NCBI GenBank assembly: GCA_000320545.1
Contig: ADNK01000461.1
Span: 1 to 64,000, forward strand
Source of the DNA: Bigelowiella natans CCMP2755
Taxonomy: Eukaryota; Protista; Cercozoa
Reading direction: 5' to 3'
DNA: 64,000 nucleotides
Of this stretch, positions 15,207-26,278 are shown piece by piece; within the stretch, counting starts at the first letter, position 1, and every line of letters starts with the position of its first letter. Position numbers and translations under genes: made by a program. Under the pieces are notes generated by a model. That model saw only the letters and a program-made list of their open reading frames with translations. It made no database searches and had not been told where the DNA came from.

Positions 15207-15279
15207 ATGAGACGGATGTAATGAAATGTTTAAATTTTTTCAACGGTCATCCTAATGTAGCTGTGCAATGCAGCGGCTA
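15207..15279 (-). repeat. 73-bp duplicate of the retrotransposon 3' end (copy of 15331-15403), flanked by (TA)n
   Basis: Direct alignment at offset 124 shows 3 mismatches (15228/15352, 15244/15368, 15254/15378). Confidence 0.9.
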
Positions 15280-15353
15280 AAACAATATATATATATATAT
15301 ATATATATACATACATATGTACATACATGTATGAGACGGATGTAATGAAATAT

Positions 15354-18300
15354 TTAAATTTTTTCAATGGTCATCCTGATGTAGCTGTGCAATGCAGCGG
15401 CTACAGCGCTCAAATTGTGTCTGTTTGTTTCCTTGGTCACATGGCGCATGCATGAAAATGCATCATGTTTTGGTCTAGCATGTCGCGCTTTGCGCGCAGC
15501 TTCTCGACTTGTTTTTTCTGCGGTTGTGAGGCGCGTGGTCTCATCATTGCGATCCATGATCGCCGTCAGTTGTTTGTTGATTCCGAGTCTCTGTGGTCCG
15601 CATTTCCTGCATTGCAGAATGTGGTCCATGTCTTGCAGTGTGTTGCATGTGTCGCACATTGCTTCCAATTTTGTGCGTTGTCCTCTGGACAGCAGAAATG
15701 TTCCAATGTTGCCAACACCACAAATGGCGCGCATCCATGATGTGGCAATGCTTGGCAGCTTCAATGTGATTCCTGTTGTCCGAGAGCCATGCATGAAGTC
15801 AAGTTTTTTCAAATGCATGGCCTTGGTTCCCTCTTTGCTCCAGTTTGTTTTGAAGTTGGACACCGCGTTCCGCACAATCGTTTTGTTGTGTGCATTCAAT
15901 TTCCTTTTCAGTGTCTTGTTGGCAGCACGTGTTGTGGGGTGTTCCGCTCCAAGCAATTTGGTCGTGATCAAACTGAGTCGGCGATGCAAGGACACTCTGT
16001 TCCACGGCCTAGTTGTGTTGTGCCAATTGTGTTCCAGCAAGGATTCAATGTGGTGTCCGAAAGAGCTCCAATTGAGCACTTCTTCTTCCACCACGTGTCC
16101 GTTGCCATCAGCATCCTCCACCCATGCCAGCATGCATTGGTTCGCAACCATGTCTTGGTGCATTGAACTTGTGTGTGATGACGTGGTGGCAACGTTGCCG
16201 CTAGCACATGGGGTGTGTCGTTGGAAATGGATCCTGGTGATCCCAGCACTCTTTTGAGTGTTTGTGATTCCACGGAATCCAGCTGCTTTGTTTTGAGGTC
16301 ATTTTTGGACCTCCATGTGGGTGCGACACATCTGCTTGTGGCTGTGAACCACGTGTTGCAAAACTTCAATCTCACATTGAATGGCATGTGAGATCGTGTG
16401 GAGCACAGCCTGAGCAAGAATCTTCTCTTTTTCTGCAGCTTCAGATGTGCAACAAGGGCGTGTTTTTCGAAAGTTGATCTTTCGTCAAACCACAGTCCCA
16501 AACGTTTGCCACATTCTTTTCTTTTCACTTTTCCTTGCAGGTTGAGTGTCATGTTCCACAAGGCTTGTTTTTTGTGTGCATCCTTCCTCCTGTCCACAAG
16601 GAGGCATCCACTCTTTTCCCCATTGAATCTCATTCGCCACTTCACGCACCAGGTTGTCACACTTGTCAGATCTTTTTGCAGCCTGGTTTGCATTTCCCCC
16701 CAGCGGGATGGCGCAAGTGGTTTGCACGGGGTGACATCGTCGCAATGCATCTGGTGGTCAGCAAACTTGATGTGCTCGCACGTGTCGCAGCAGGTGATGA
16801 ACAAACAGCAGCTGAGGGAGGATCCTTCAGGTGCGCCGCTTTGCAGTTGCGTGTGTTGTGACAGCATGCTGCCAAATTCAAACCTAGCAGCACGCTCCCT
16901 TGGCCAATCATCGATCCACAGAAGCAGGCATCCCCTTGCACCACACTTTTCACTGAGTTTCCGCACCATTCCTGAATGCCAGGCTTCAGGGTGAGCTTTT
17001 GATGCGTCAGTGAACAGCACGATGCCGATCAGTTTTTTGTCAAACGTGCCGTCTTCGATCCGCTGAGTCATTCTGGACAGTCAGCGCTGTCTCGCATGAT
17101 CTGTTCTTCGTGGAAGCGCATTGACATCTGCTCAGCTTCTCTGGTGGGATGGCTTCGCGCAGTGCAAGTTCAACCAATTTGTCTTCGACTTTCGAAGCAA
17201 TTTGGAGAAGTGAAATTGTTCTGCCGTTGAGGGGGTGTTTGATTCTTTCCCGGGTTTGGGGATCAAGCAGAAGACACAGCAGCTTTTCGTGATTTGTGAC
17301 GGGTGCCCCATTGAAATGACACATTGAAAAAAAGAGCCCAGAGTTGATGCAGCTTGTTGCTTTTCTTCAACACATTCAGATGGATGCCATCGTCACCTGG
17401 GGATTTGTGTGGTGACATTGTGTGCAATGTTCTCTGGATTTCCTTGGGGGTGAATTTCCTGTTGCAAGGCAAGGTGCCACATTTGTTCTCCGAACTTCGG
17501 AAGGTGTGTCTCCACTGTTCGGTTTCTTGGTGAAACGTTCCATTTTTCCTGTCTGCAAGATGCATGAGGTTTGCAAGTGCGTCCTTCCAATTCGAGACAC
17601 ATGCTTGGCACTTTTTCGTTTCTGAAGTCTCACTGTCGAGGGTGCGATGTTTGTCCATCCCTCCAGACTTTTGGAACAATTTGCACAAAAGTCCAGTGTG
17701 GTTTCCATCATTGTGTTTCTCGAAGCGAGCAAGAAATTTTTGCCATGCTTCGTGTTTGAGTGTTTCTGTGACGGATTCAAGTTCAAAGTTGATCTCTTTG
17801 ATTTTTTTCTCCAATTTTTTCCTCTTGTTGCATTTCCTCTCGTGTCTGAGAGATCTGAAAAGTTTGACTTGTTGTGATTTGATTTTTTTGCAAGCTGGGT
17901 GGTTTTGGTGTGGCTCAATGGAGCTCCATTGTTGCTGTTTCTTCGGCGCACCAATTCTGTGTGCTTTTTGAACTGAATTCCAGAACCATTGTTCAACGTT
18001 CTTTGAATCCGCCTCCGATGCAACGCGAAGTGTTCGTTGTCTCAAAGGGGCTGTGACCGAGTCCAGGTGTTTGTCAAACAGGTCCACATTGAATTTGTCA
18101 ATGTCATGAATCATTGATTTGGTTTCCACTGGGTTGGGCACAGCTTTTCCAAAGTGCATGCCGAAGTGGTCGCTTGTTGCAGTGGTGGTCACTTGATGTT
18201 CAATTTCTTGGATCACGTTTGACGAGCAAAGGACATGATCGATCGTGCTCGCATGTCCTTTCCGAAAATGGGTCACTTCGCCAGGGTTGAGCATCACGAT

Positions 18301-18849
18301 GTCATTGTCTGCGAGCCACTGGTGCAATGGTTTGCCCCGCCTGTCTTCTTGGTGACGGACATCAAAAGTGGAATGTTCAGCATTGGTGTCGCCAACAATG
18401 ATGTGATGTTTCCATTTTTGTTTCTTCACAGTGTCCGTGATGAAGTCAAGCCTTTCCTCAAGATGGCACACATCGTGAGGTTGCAAGCACACCATTGTCA
18501 TTGCACGTTTTTCTGTGCGATGTGAGAAGAAACTCGTGTCGCGTTTGTTGTCATCTGTGGTTGTGTGCACGATGTCTGCACTTTTCTGGCGCAGGCCGAA
18601 GCTCCCAGAAGGGCCATCAGTGCGAATGATCTCGCATCCAGGTGGCGGATGTGATTTTTCATTGTTTTTTGATCTGCCCTCTGCAAACCAAGCAAGTTCT
18701 GTGTTGTTTGCAGTTGTTGTTTCTTTGATCACGTTGCATCTCCGGTTGATTCTTTGTCTCCCTTGTTTGTCCGTCCCATTTTTGCTCCGTGTGTTTTGGA
18801 AGCAGAACGGCAAGGCTCCAAACACTCTTGAGTCTTCTTCTGTTCTCAT
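15354..18849 (-). pseudogene. LINE ORF2 (AP endonuclease + reverse transcriptase + zinc knuckle) broken into at least 4 frames
   Basis: ORF pieces 17263-18849 (EN), 17040-17324, 15968-17071 (RT) and 15354-16163 (CCHC). Catalytic YxDD reads HCDD. No Tyr in the 528-aa or 367-aa pieces. Confidence 0.88.
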
Positions 18850-20110
18850 GTGCCCTGATCCGCAGCCATTTGCCTTGGCACGTGATTTCAGTGTTCAGTG
18901 ATTTTTCGACTTCCTCTTGGGAATTTGCAAACAATTGGACCAATGGGCCCTTCCCCATGGATTCCACTGCTTCGATTTTCACGTCTTCAGTGCTTGTTTC
19001 AACAATTTGGTTGGCCATTGCATTGCGCACTGCCTTTCTCTGTTCACCAGGTCCCAATCGTGGTCCTTTCATCACCACGGAATGGTTGGTTGGTCTTGAT
19101 GTGGCTGGGCGAATGGTTGTTGCAAATCTGAACAGAGAAGGGAAGAATGGTGCTGAAAGCTTCTTGTGCTCGGCTTGCAGTTCTTCGATGTGAACATCCA
19201 CTTTTGGTTCTTTGCTGCCCCTGAAAAACAATTTCAGATGGTTTCTTTTCCCAGTTTTGCATTGAACGCCTTGGAACACGTTTCCGCATTTCTTCACGAA
19301 AGTTTTGTGCACAGCGAGTTCAGTGAGGCCCAGTTTTCCAATGACATCGGGTGCAATTTCTGAGTTTGTTTTCCCGACGTTCAGGGACACGTTGTCAGTT
19401 GGTGTGGTTTCTGCCGGCTCCGTCGGTTTGGGCAGGGTTTCAATGGTCTCATTTTTGTTCTCATCTTCCTCGGAGTTCATTGGTGCATTTGAGTCAATTT
19501 GTCTGTCCGCATCACTTGTTGTTGGATTTGCCTTGTCATCGGGGGAAAACGTTGCCAATTTTTTCTCGGTGCTCTGGTTGCTTGGTGTGGCAGGTTGGTG
19601 TTCTGTGCCATTGCATGTCCTTGTGAAGTTTCCCGTCTTGTTTGCCTTGGGGGTGTTGTGGGCCTTTGCATGGGCGTCACCGTTTCATCGTTGCGACTTC
19701 TAGACACAACAGTTGCGCAGGAGTTTTCGTCTCGTTGCGGGGCTGGGGTTCCTGGTTGCCGCAAACCTCGGGGGGATTGGTTCCTTTCAAGTGTCATTGG
19801 TTCTTGTTCAACCTTGGTCAGCCTGGATTTCAGCGAGGTGTTTTCCTCGATGATTTTGTTTTGGTCATCCATGATTTTTTCCAAAACAGTGGAGAGAATT
19901 CTGTTGAATTTTTCCACGTTTGCTCTTTTGTCCCGACTTTGGTTCATCGTGTCAGGTGTGACGTTTGCGAGTGCCTTGCGGATGCATTGAGAAAGGTCGA
20001 AGTCCTTCCTGTCCTCACCTTCATCAATGGTGTCTTCATTTTGAAGGTTGGAATCGAAGTCATGAATTGAACATGCGTTTCCTTCCTTTGTTGTTGCTTC
20101 TGTGTGTTTT
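18659..20110 (-). pseudogene. LINE ORF1-like region (coiled coil plus low complexity), frameshifted
   Basis: ORFs 19477-19947 (heptad-like KIIEENTSLKSRLTKVEQ) and 18659-19558 lie immediately upstream of ORF2 on the same strand with the same TA-free composition. Confidence 0.6.
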
Positions 20111-21186
20111 GCTTCATTGCTTGAAAGCTCAGTTTTGCTGCGCGCAGCGCAGGTCTTCGCTTTGCGCAGCTGCGCGAGGAGAAGAAGCTGGCGCAGCGGT
20201 CACTGGGCCGTTTGAAACATTGTGTGCATGCCAGCATGTGCACACGTGCATTTGTGTGTGTGCATGTGTGCATGTGTGCAGACACATGCCTTTCACATCT
20301 TCGCACTGCAGCCTTGATGATTCTAGAATTGTGAATCAGCTGATGATGAGCTCACGAGCTTGCACATGTGGGACACTGCGTCTTTGATGTGCATGCGTGA
20401 GCTTGCGCACATGGATGCACGCAACCTTTGAGTTTGCCATGCAAGAAGCATGTGTTCATAGCAGTTCAAGCAAAACGGAACTAGCACATGGGTTCGATGC
20501 ACGTAGCAGGATGTCAAGGTCGATCATGCATGCACAATGCTGCGCCCCAGCGCCCTGCTAACCTGCTCTCGTGCTAGAGAGCGTGATGTCCACAGTGATG
20601 GCATCTACAATCGCAATCAGGCGCATCTGCTGCAACAGGCTTGTCATTCAAGCACGCCAGCGGCCAGGGCCTGCATCACAGCTGCATGGGCTATCTAGAT
20701 GCATTTTTGGGCAATTGCGCAGTCCATGTGAGTCTATGCACATGCTGCAGCAGCATTTGATGCGGTTTGCGAAGCTAGTATCATTGCATCGTGCAGCGCA
20801 TCTAGCAACATGTACCACAGAGACAGAAGTTAACAACAACTCAACATGCGTTCTCAACATGCTAGATTGGCACTTCTATCTCTACAACGCGCGCTAGCGC
20901 GGTCGTGTCGACGACACTATGTGACATTGTCAAATTGTTGCAACATCACTCAGCACATGCGAACGGTCGAAAAGAATGCATGGCAGATGCGCACATTCAC
21001 ATGCACAACTGCTAAACCTACAACGCTTGCTGCTGGACAGATAAAGAGACAGAAATTCACAAATAAAGCGATATTTATGGCATGTAGCACATGTGGCGGG
21101 AGCATACATGTAGTACATCATAAAATATAGCTATGTACATATGTGTACAAGAATATTTTCAGATATTACATCAAACTAATTTAGCC

Positions 21187-21226
<40 letters not shown>

Positions 21227-21483
21227 TTTGTAAAAATGTATGTATTGATACTTTTAAGGTAGCAGCAACAGCATCAGCAGTTTGTCATGTGGGTGGACGT
21301 TATCGTATAATAAGCCCTCCAGTGGCATCAGAATTGAAACTTTTACATGACAAGTCATTTTTGCACTGTTCGTACTCCACGGATAAAATCCAGCAACACC
21401 TAATAATGCGTAATGTCTTGGTCTTCACCATCTCCTTCTTCAACTCAATGTCCATCACGACTCACGCATAAGATACATGCCAA

Positions 21484-23298
21484 TCACTTAGCCTCTTCAA
21501 GTAATGTTTTTATTTTCTCGAGAGCTTCTTTGGCATCAGTATTGGTTTTGAACTGAAATACGGATAAATAAAAACAATACCAAATTAATTGTACATATCG
21601 TTATGACGTAAGAAATTGCACTTGAACCTTTGCCAAGAAAGTACGAAGTTTCGAGTGTTCCTCAGCTGCATAAACACGAATAAATTAGAAACGACAAGTG
21701 ACAAGCTAACTGCATAGAATGATTGTATTACGATCATCGAGAATGTTGACGCCCCAGAAACGAATGTACTTTTCGGCATGTAATTTTTGGTCCATGTTTG
21801 GATGTACCGGGCAATTAAGAACCAACCGTTTAGTTGTATCATTTCGCAGTATTAACCTGCCTTTTTTAACACCATCCTTGACGACGTAAGCGTTGATGTG
21901 AAGTTCCCCCTTACCCCTTTCCTTCCAATCCCGCTTGTCGCCTTCACCGCTCAACTCATAGACTTTTGACTTCCGCTTGAAAAGGACATCGTCATTGGCG
22001 TCTCCCTTTTCAGCAGGTTTTGCATCTTTAAAGCTATCACTCTCTTCAACATCCTCATTCTTATCACCGCCCAAGGAAAACGACTGTGTCCATTCCGAAT
22101 CTTTGCCCCCCTTGTCGCCTCCTCCTGTGAGTCCAGAGTTTTCTTCCTTGCTTGCAAAACTACCAAATGAAAGCTCCTTATCTGAGAAGCACATATATAC
22201 CATCGTATGAACAACGTGAAAGGTAAAGATTCAAGGCTGCACGCTAACAACCTGTATTAAATATTGTATTTGCTTCAGGCGCAGTAAAAGAGAATCCGAC
22301 AATTTCTTCAGATTTCTTTTCGGAACCAAACATGGGAGCACTTGTGTCGAACTTAAACCCTGTATCGAGCTATATTCAAAGGAAGAACCAATTACAAAGA
22401 AGACCAATTTTAGATAATATTCAGAATAAAATCCCTGGATAAACAAAACATAACCTGTTCGTTGTTTGTCCCGAAACTGAAGTCCTCACCACTACCGAAT
22501 GAGAAGTTTTCACCACTCTGGACATGGAGAATTGCTGTGTCATTCTTACAAGTACGGCAAATTATTTGCAAGGTTATCTTATCATTATATGAGAGACCTT
22601 CGCCTCCTTTCCATCAGAGCCATTTTCGGGTGCAGCAGCGGCAGAAGCACTTTTCTTTTTAGGGACAGCAGCCGTGACCTCCTTTTCATCAGAACCACTC
22701 GTCTTTGGTGCTGTAGTAGTAGTAGATTCAGAAGAAGGAGCTCCAGTTTTTCCAGATTTCTTGCTTGTCACACCGCCTTCATCCTCACATTCTTTAGTTT
22801 TACTCTCTCCTGCGCCATTGCTATCCGCGTTGCTGATTAGATTGAAAACTGGAAGAGAACTTGTCTTTTCCGCTACGACTGGAGTGTCCGAGCTTTCTCC
22901 AAAGTTGAATTTGGGAAAACCATTAGAGGGCGCCTTTTCTTTGTCATTGCCCCCGAAATTAAAAGACGGCACCTGTATCAAGGGATATTTAAGATTGAAA
23001 CAAGATGTCAAGAATCCCCAATAATCTGACCATCATGCTCGCATGTACGTAGTCTCTCACCGAAGCTGCTTGATTTGGTGGATTATTTTTCCTTCGGATA
23101 GAGACTATTTTGCGCTTGGCAAGTTTCTCTTTGGAAGCCATCGCACTTTCTCTCCAACTTGTCCCCTGTGCATAAATATGGATGATAAGTTTCATTTTCA
23201 CTGATACGTCATGCATAGTTATGAGAATGTTTATCTATACTGTTAAAATCAATGTACGCAGTTACGGATTCATGGACGCGCACACGCACACGCACACG

Positions 23299-23329
<31 letters not shown>

Positions 23330-23618
23330 ACACACACATCAATTTAGTTTGTGTATGTGTGTGTGTGTGTGCCAGAGTTTTCATAAGCAGTTATATTCAT
23401 CATATTAAATATTAAAAAAACAACGATAAATTTGTCAAGATTCTGCACGTATAAATGAAAAAAATCCCATTCCTTAAAAGAGTTTGATCTCGGCAGGAAT
23501 TGGGATTATCAAGGCCAGTGAGAATCGAAAGCAGCACAACCTGAGAGCCTTGTTTCTCATCCTGGTCGTCAAGGTTGTCATCCTTCGTGATTTGACGATC
23601 GTTCCGCCTTTTTGACAT
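21484..23618 (-). CDS. NUP50: Nup50/Nup2-like nucleoporin (N-terminal NUP50 motif, FxFG repeats, C-terminal RanBP1 domain)
   Basis: MSKRRNDRQITKDD...ASKEKLAKRKIV; FNFG/FSFG/LSFG repeats; RanBD motifs LFKRKSKVYEL, WKERGKGELHIN, GRLILRND...LVLN. Last exon FKTNTDAKEALEKIKTLLEEAK-stop. Confidence 0.85.
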
Positions 23619-24128
23619 GCTTAGCGCTTCTATCTTCGATGATCGATGGGAAGTAGAGAGGGGAATACGAAAGCAGCTTTATTCTGAGCGCGGGAGTATT
23701 GAGGAGGTGACTGGTTGAGGGAAAGAGAACGCCGAATAATTAGTTGTTAGTCCATAGAAATTAATTATTATTAAATCGGCTTTTATTTTTATTCTATTTT
23801 CTCTGCATTATCAATCACATGTGCGAGTATGACGATTTGTCCTGCAAAGTAGATCTAGAAGGTAGATCTGATAGGTCTAATAGCAGGTCATTTTTCTTGT
23901 CTTATTATCCTGTTAACAAGTTGGAAAAAATATTACCCGGAGGACATCTAAAATAATTAAAATTTCGGAATCCAGATACGGCTACTACCCCTTCACGGAA
24001 TCTATGCGCGTCCAAACCCGTCGCCACAATGCAGGCTCTGGCTGAGGAGCTCCTTCCATCTTAGCAGGCATTAATAGTTTTGCACGAGCGATTAGAGAAA
24101 ACGACTGAAGTTGTTCTTGGGCCTGTAC

Positions 24129-25416
24129 ATGATGCGAGGAGGTAATCTTATGCATTAAAGAACCCATGTCCGAACCTTGCGTAATTTGGTTTCTGTCTCA
24201 GATCACGGGAGAACGAACATGAACCCTCAAAATGCCTTTCAGGCAGTGCAATTATCTGCATTGATAATCTTGATGTACAGTCTTTGGATCTTAATCACGG
24301 CTGAAACATCTCCAATTCATATTCAACCGGTAAAGCGACAGGCACATTCATTTCCCATTTGTTACCCACATGTTTTTGGATCCATTTTCCATGTATTACT
24401 CACATATTTTTTTGATCCAGAAATGGCCCGAGAAGTTCAAGGGATCCAATGCTATTGCATCTCACGCTATCATTGATAGTTCAAACATCACAACCAGAAA
24501 GACTAATCTAGAGCCGCATAAGTATGAAGATCCAGATGTATTCGCTCCAGGAAGCCTAAAAATGTCTCAACTCGAAGCTTTCTCAAAATGCTACATAGAT
24601 CCCATTGGTATGTATAGAACCCACTTTGGTGATGGTCTTTGCGTAGTTTCGGATTCGAAAAAGTTTGTATTTTACCACGTGAGAAAGAGTGGTTCCTCTA
24701 CTGGTAGATCAGTTGCTACACAACAGTTTGGGGGTAGGGACATGCAGAGATGCGACCACCGCGGGAAAAGAAGAGACGAGTTCTATAAAGTAGCATTTGT
24801 GCGAAACCCAACGACACGATTTTTCGCTCAATATGAAGAAACATTCGTTAGAACTCTTGGAGGAAAAATGAAGATACCAGATGAATTTGATGTATTCCAT
24901 AAAGACATGAAGGACTATAAGGAATATGAGAAACTATTTTGTGGAGAAAGTGCGAGTCTGCCTCGAAAAGGTCGTAAGAAACCGTGTGACCAGATTCCAT
25001 CCCAGGACACTGGGAACCTAGCAAGGAGATTCGAGCGTTTTATTGATGCCTGGGACGGCACAGTTTTCGAGGCCCATCTAGCGATGCAAGCTCCAATATT
25101 ATCGAATCGGAACACAGGCCTCCCTTTCGCGTTAGATTATCTGGGAAACACTAAGACTACAGATAGCGATTGGCAACAAATTGGGAACAAATTAGGGGTA
25201 ATGCATGTGGAGACAATTAGAGGACGGGCATATCCCCGACGGATGAATATCTCCTACATATCAAAGGGCACCTACGAAAAAATGTGCCGTCTTGCAGCAA
25301 TAGATTACTGTTGTCTGAACTTTAAACTTCCTCCCGAGTGCACAAACGCAGGTGTTTCATGCAGATGGATCAGTAAAGATGGATCCAAGCGTATAGTACC
25401 CGAAGTTGGGTTATAA
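24129..25416 (+). CDS. Golgi-type carbohydrate sulfotransferase (Sulfotransfer_2 family), type II membrane protein (start approximate)
   Basis: 5'-PSB motif FVFYHVRKSGSST, 3'-PB motif VAFVRNPTTRFFAQY, and an N-terminal TM segment LSALIILMYSLWILI in an upstream exon. Confidence 0.8.
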
Positions 25417-26278
25417 TTTCAAATATTTTAAGTGAAGAAATACCTCAATACGAAACATTTCAAGCACTGGAATGCTGCTAAAAGCTGGGATGAAATAAAT
25501 GATCCAGTCTATTCCAAGTTTCCTAAAAAATTCAATTATTTTTATCACTTCAGTGACTATACAGTTCCCTGAGCACTACAACAGCCAAGATTGAGCAAGT
25601 AGAACTCATAAACGCTGACTAGACGCTTAACGCACAGGCACAAGCCTAGAAGTGCATAGTTGCCATGATCTCACACATACACGCCGTCGCGTAATCGCAG
25701 TTATTTATATAGATCGAGTAGATAGAGGCAGATGCAGTAGTAGCGGGTGGCAGTTCCATACTTCTTTAACATTGTACACGTATAGATAAATGATCCCAGT
25801 CTCGTGGGGATTATATGCTTGCATGCTGCATGCACCAGCGCCAGCAGTCAGCTACGGATGGCATCTTTGTATCTGTAGCTAATGCGATAATTGTCCTCAA
25901 TAATTTAGCAAAAGTTAATACATCATCATATGTCTCAAATAATCGTTGGTTTTATGGCTCGGTAGCGCGTATCATATATCTAGATATGCGTATATCGCTC
26001 TGGCGTGCACAGTCGGCGGAATATGTCATGTATGCATATGGCAGATGCATATGCACTTGATCCAATGTACGCGGCCGGTCGCAATTTTCTTGACGAACGT
26101 TCCATGTGCTACGTTGAGGAGTCGAGTAGCTAATAAGATTAAAACCTTTATTGCCATGACAATGAAGCGACTATGCCATCGCCTGAGAATCTTCAGTTAT
26201 TGGAGACGATGGAGTGCAAACTTCGAACAAGACAACATTTCCTTGTCGGTAAATTATTGATTCGAGTATGGAAAAACA

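Larger units (their letters stand above)
15331..20220 (-). mobile_element. Degenerate near-full-length non-LTR (LINE-like) retrotransposon: ORF1 plus APE-RT-CCHC ORF2, frameshifted and TA-hypermutated
   Basis: APE motifs GDTNAEH, TIDHVL, SDH; KSPGDDGI; RTISLL; RT motifs DASKAH..WH, GAPEGSSLS..LF, MHCDD (YxDD), KWRMRFN..KS, KRLGLWFD; C-terminal CxxC..H..C (CDTC...DHILQC). The 3' end abuts a (TA)n tract. The 5' boundary is approximate. Confidence 0.9.

Noticed and set aside
15968-18849. Alternative genetic code explaining Tyr-free proteins
   Set aside because: Neighbouring host genes use TAY for conserved Tyr and standard stops. TA is missing in all codon positions and in non-coding DNA.
15331-20220. 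ADAR-type RNA editing of the retrotransposon transcript before insertion
   Set aside because: That would give A->G on one strand only and stop at the element ends. Both strands and flanking DNA are affected, and ADAR's preferred UAG context is the one spared.
15415-20387. Plus-strand and other overlapping ORFs inside the LINE (and ORFs in 37-38.2 kb and 54.6-56 kb) as real genes
   Set aside because: They are explained by loss of TAA/TAG stops. They are Cys/His-biased with no recognisable motifs.
15404-20458. Classical RIP or CpG methylation decay as the cause of the TG/CA excess
   Set aside because: RIP converts CpA to TpA and so increases TA and stop codons; CpG decay depletes CG. Here TA is absent, CG is plentiful, and the protein changes are Tyr->Cys/His.
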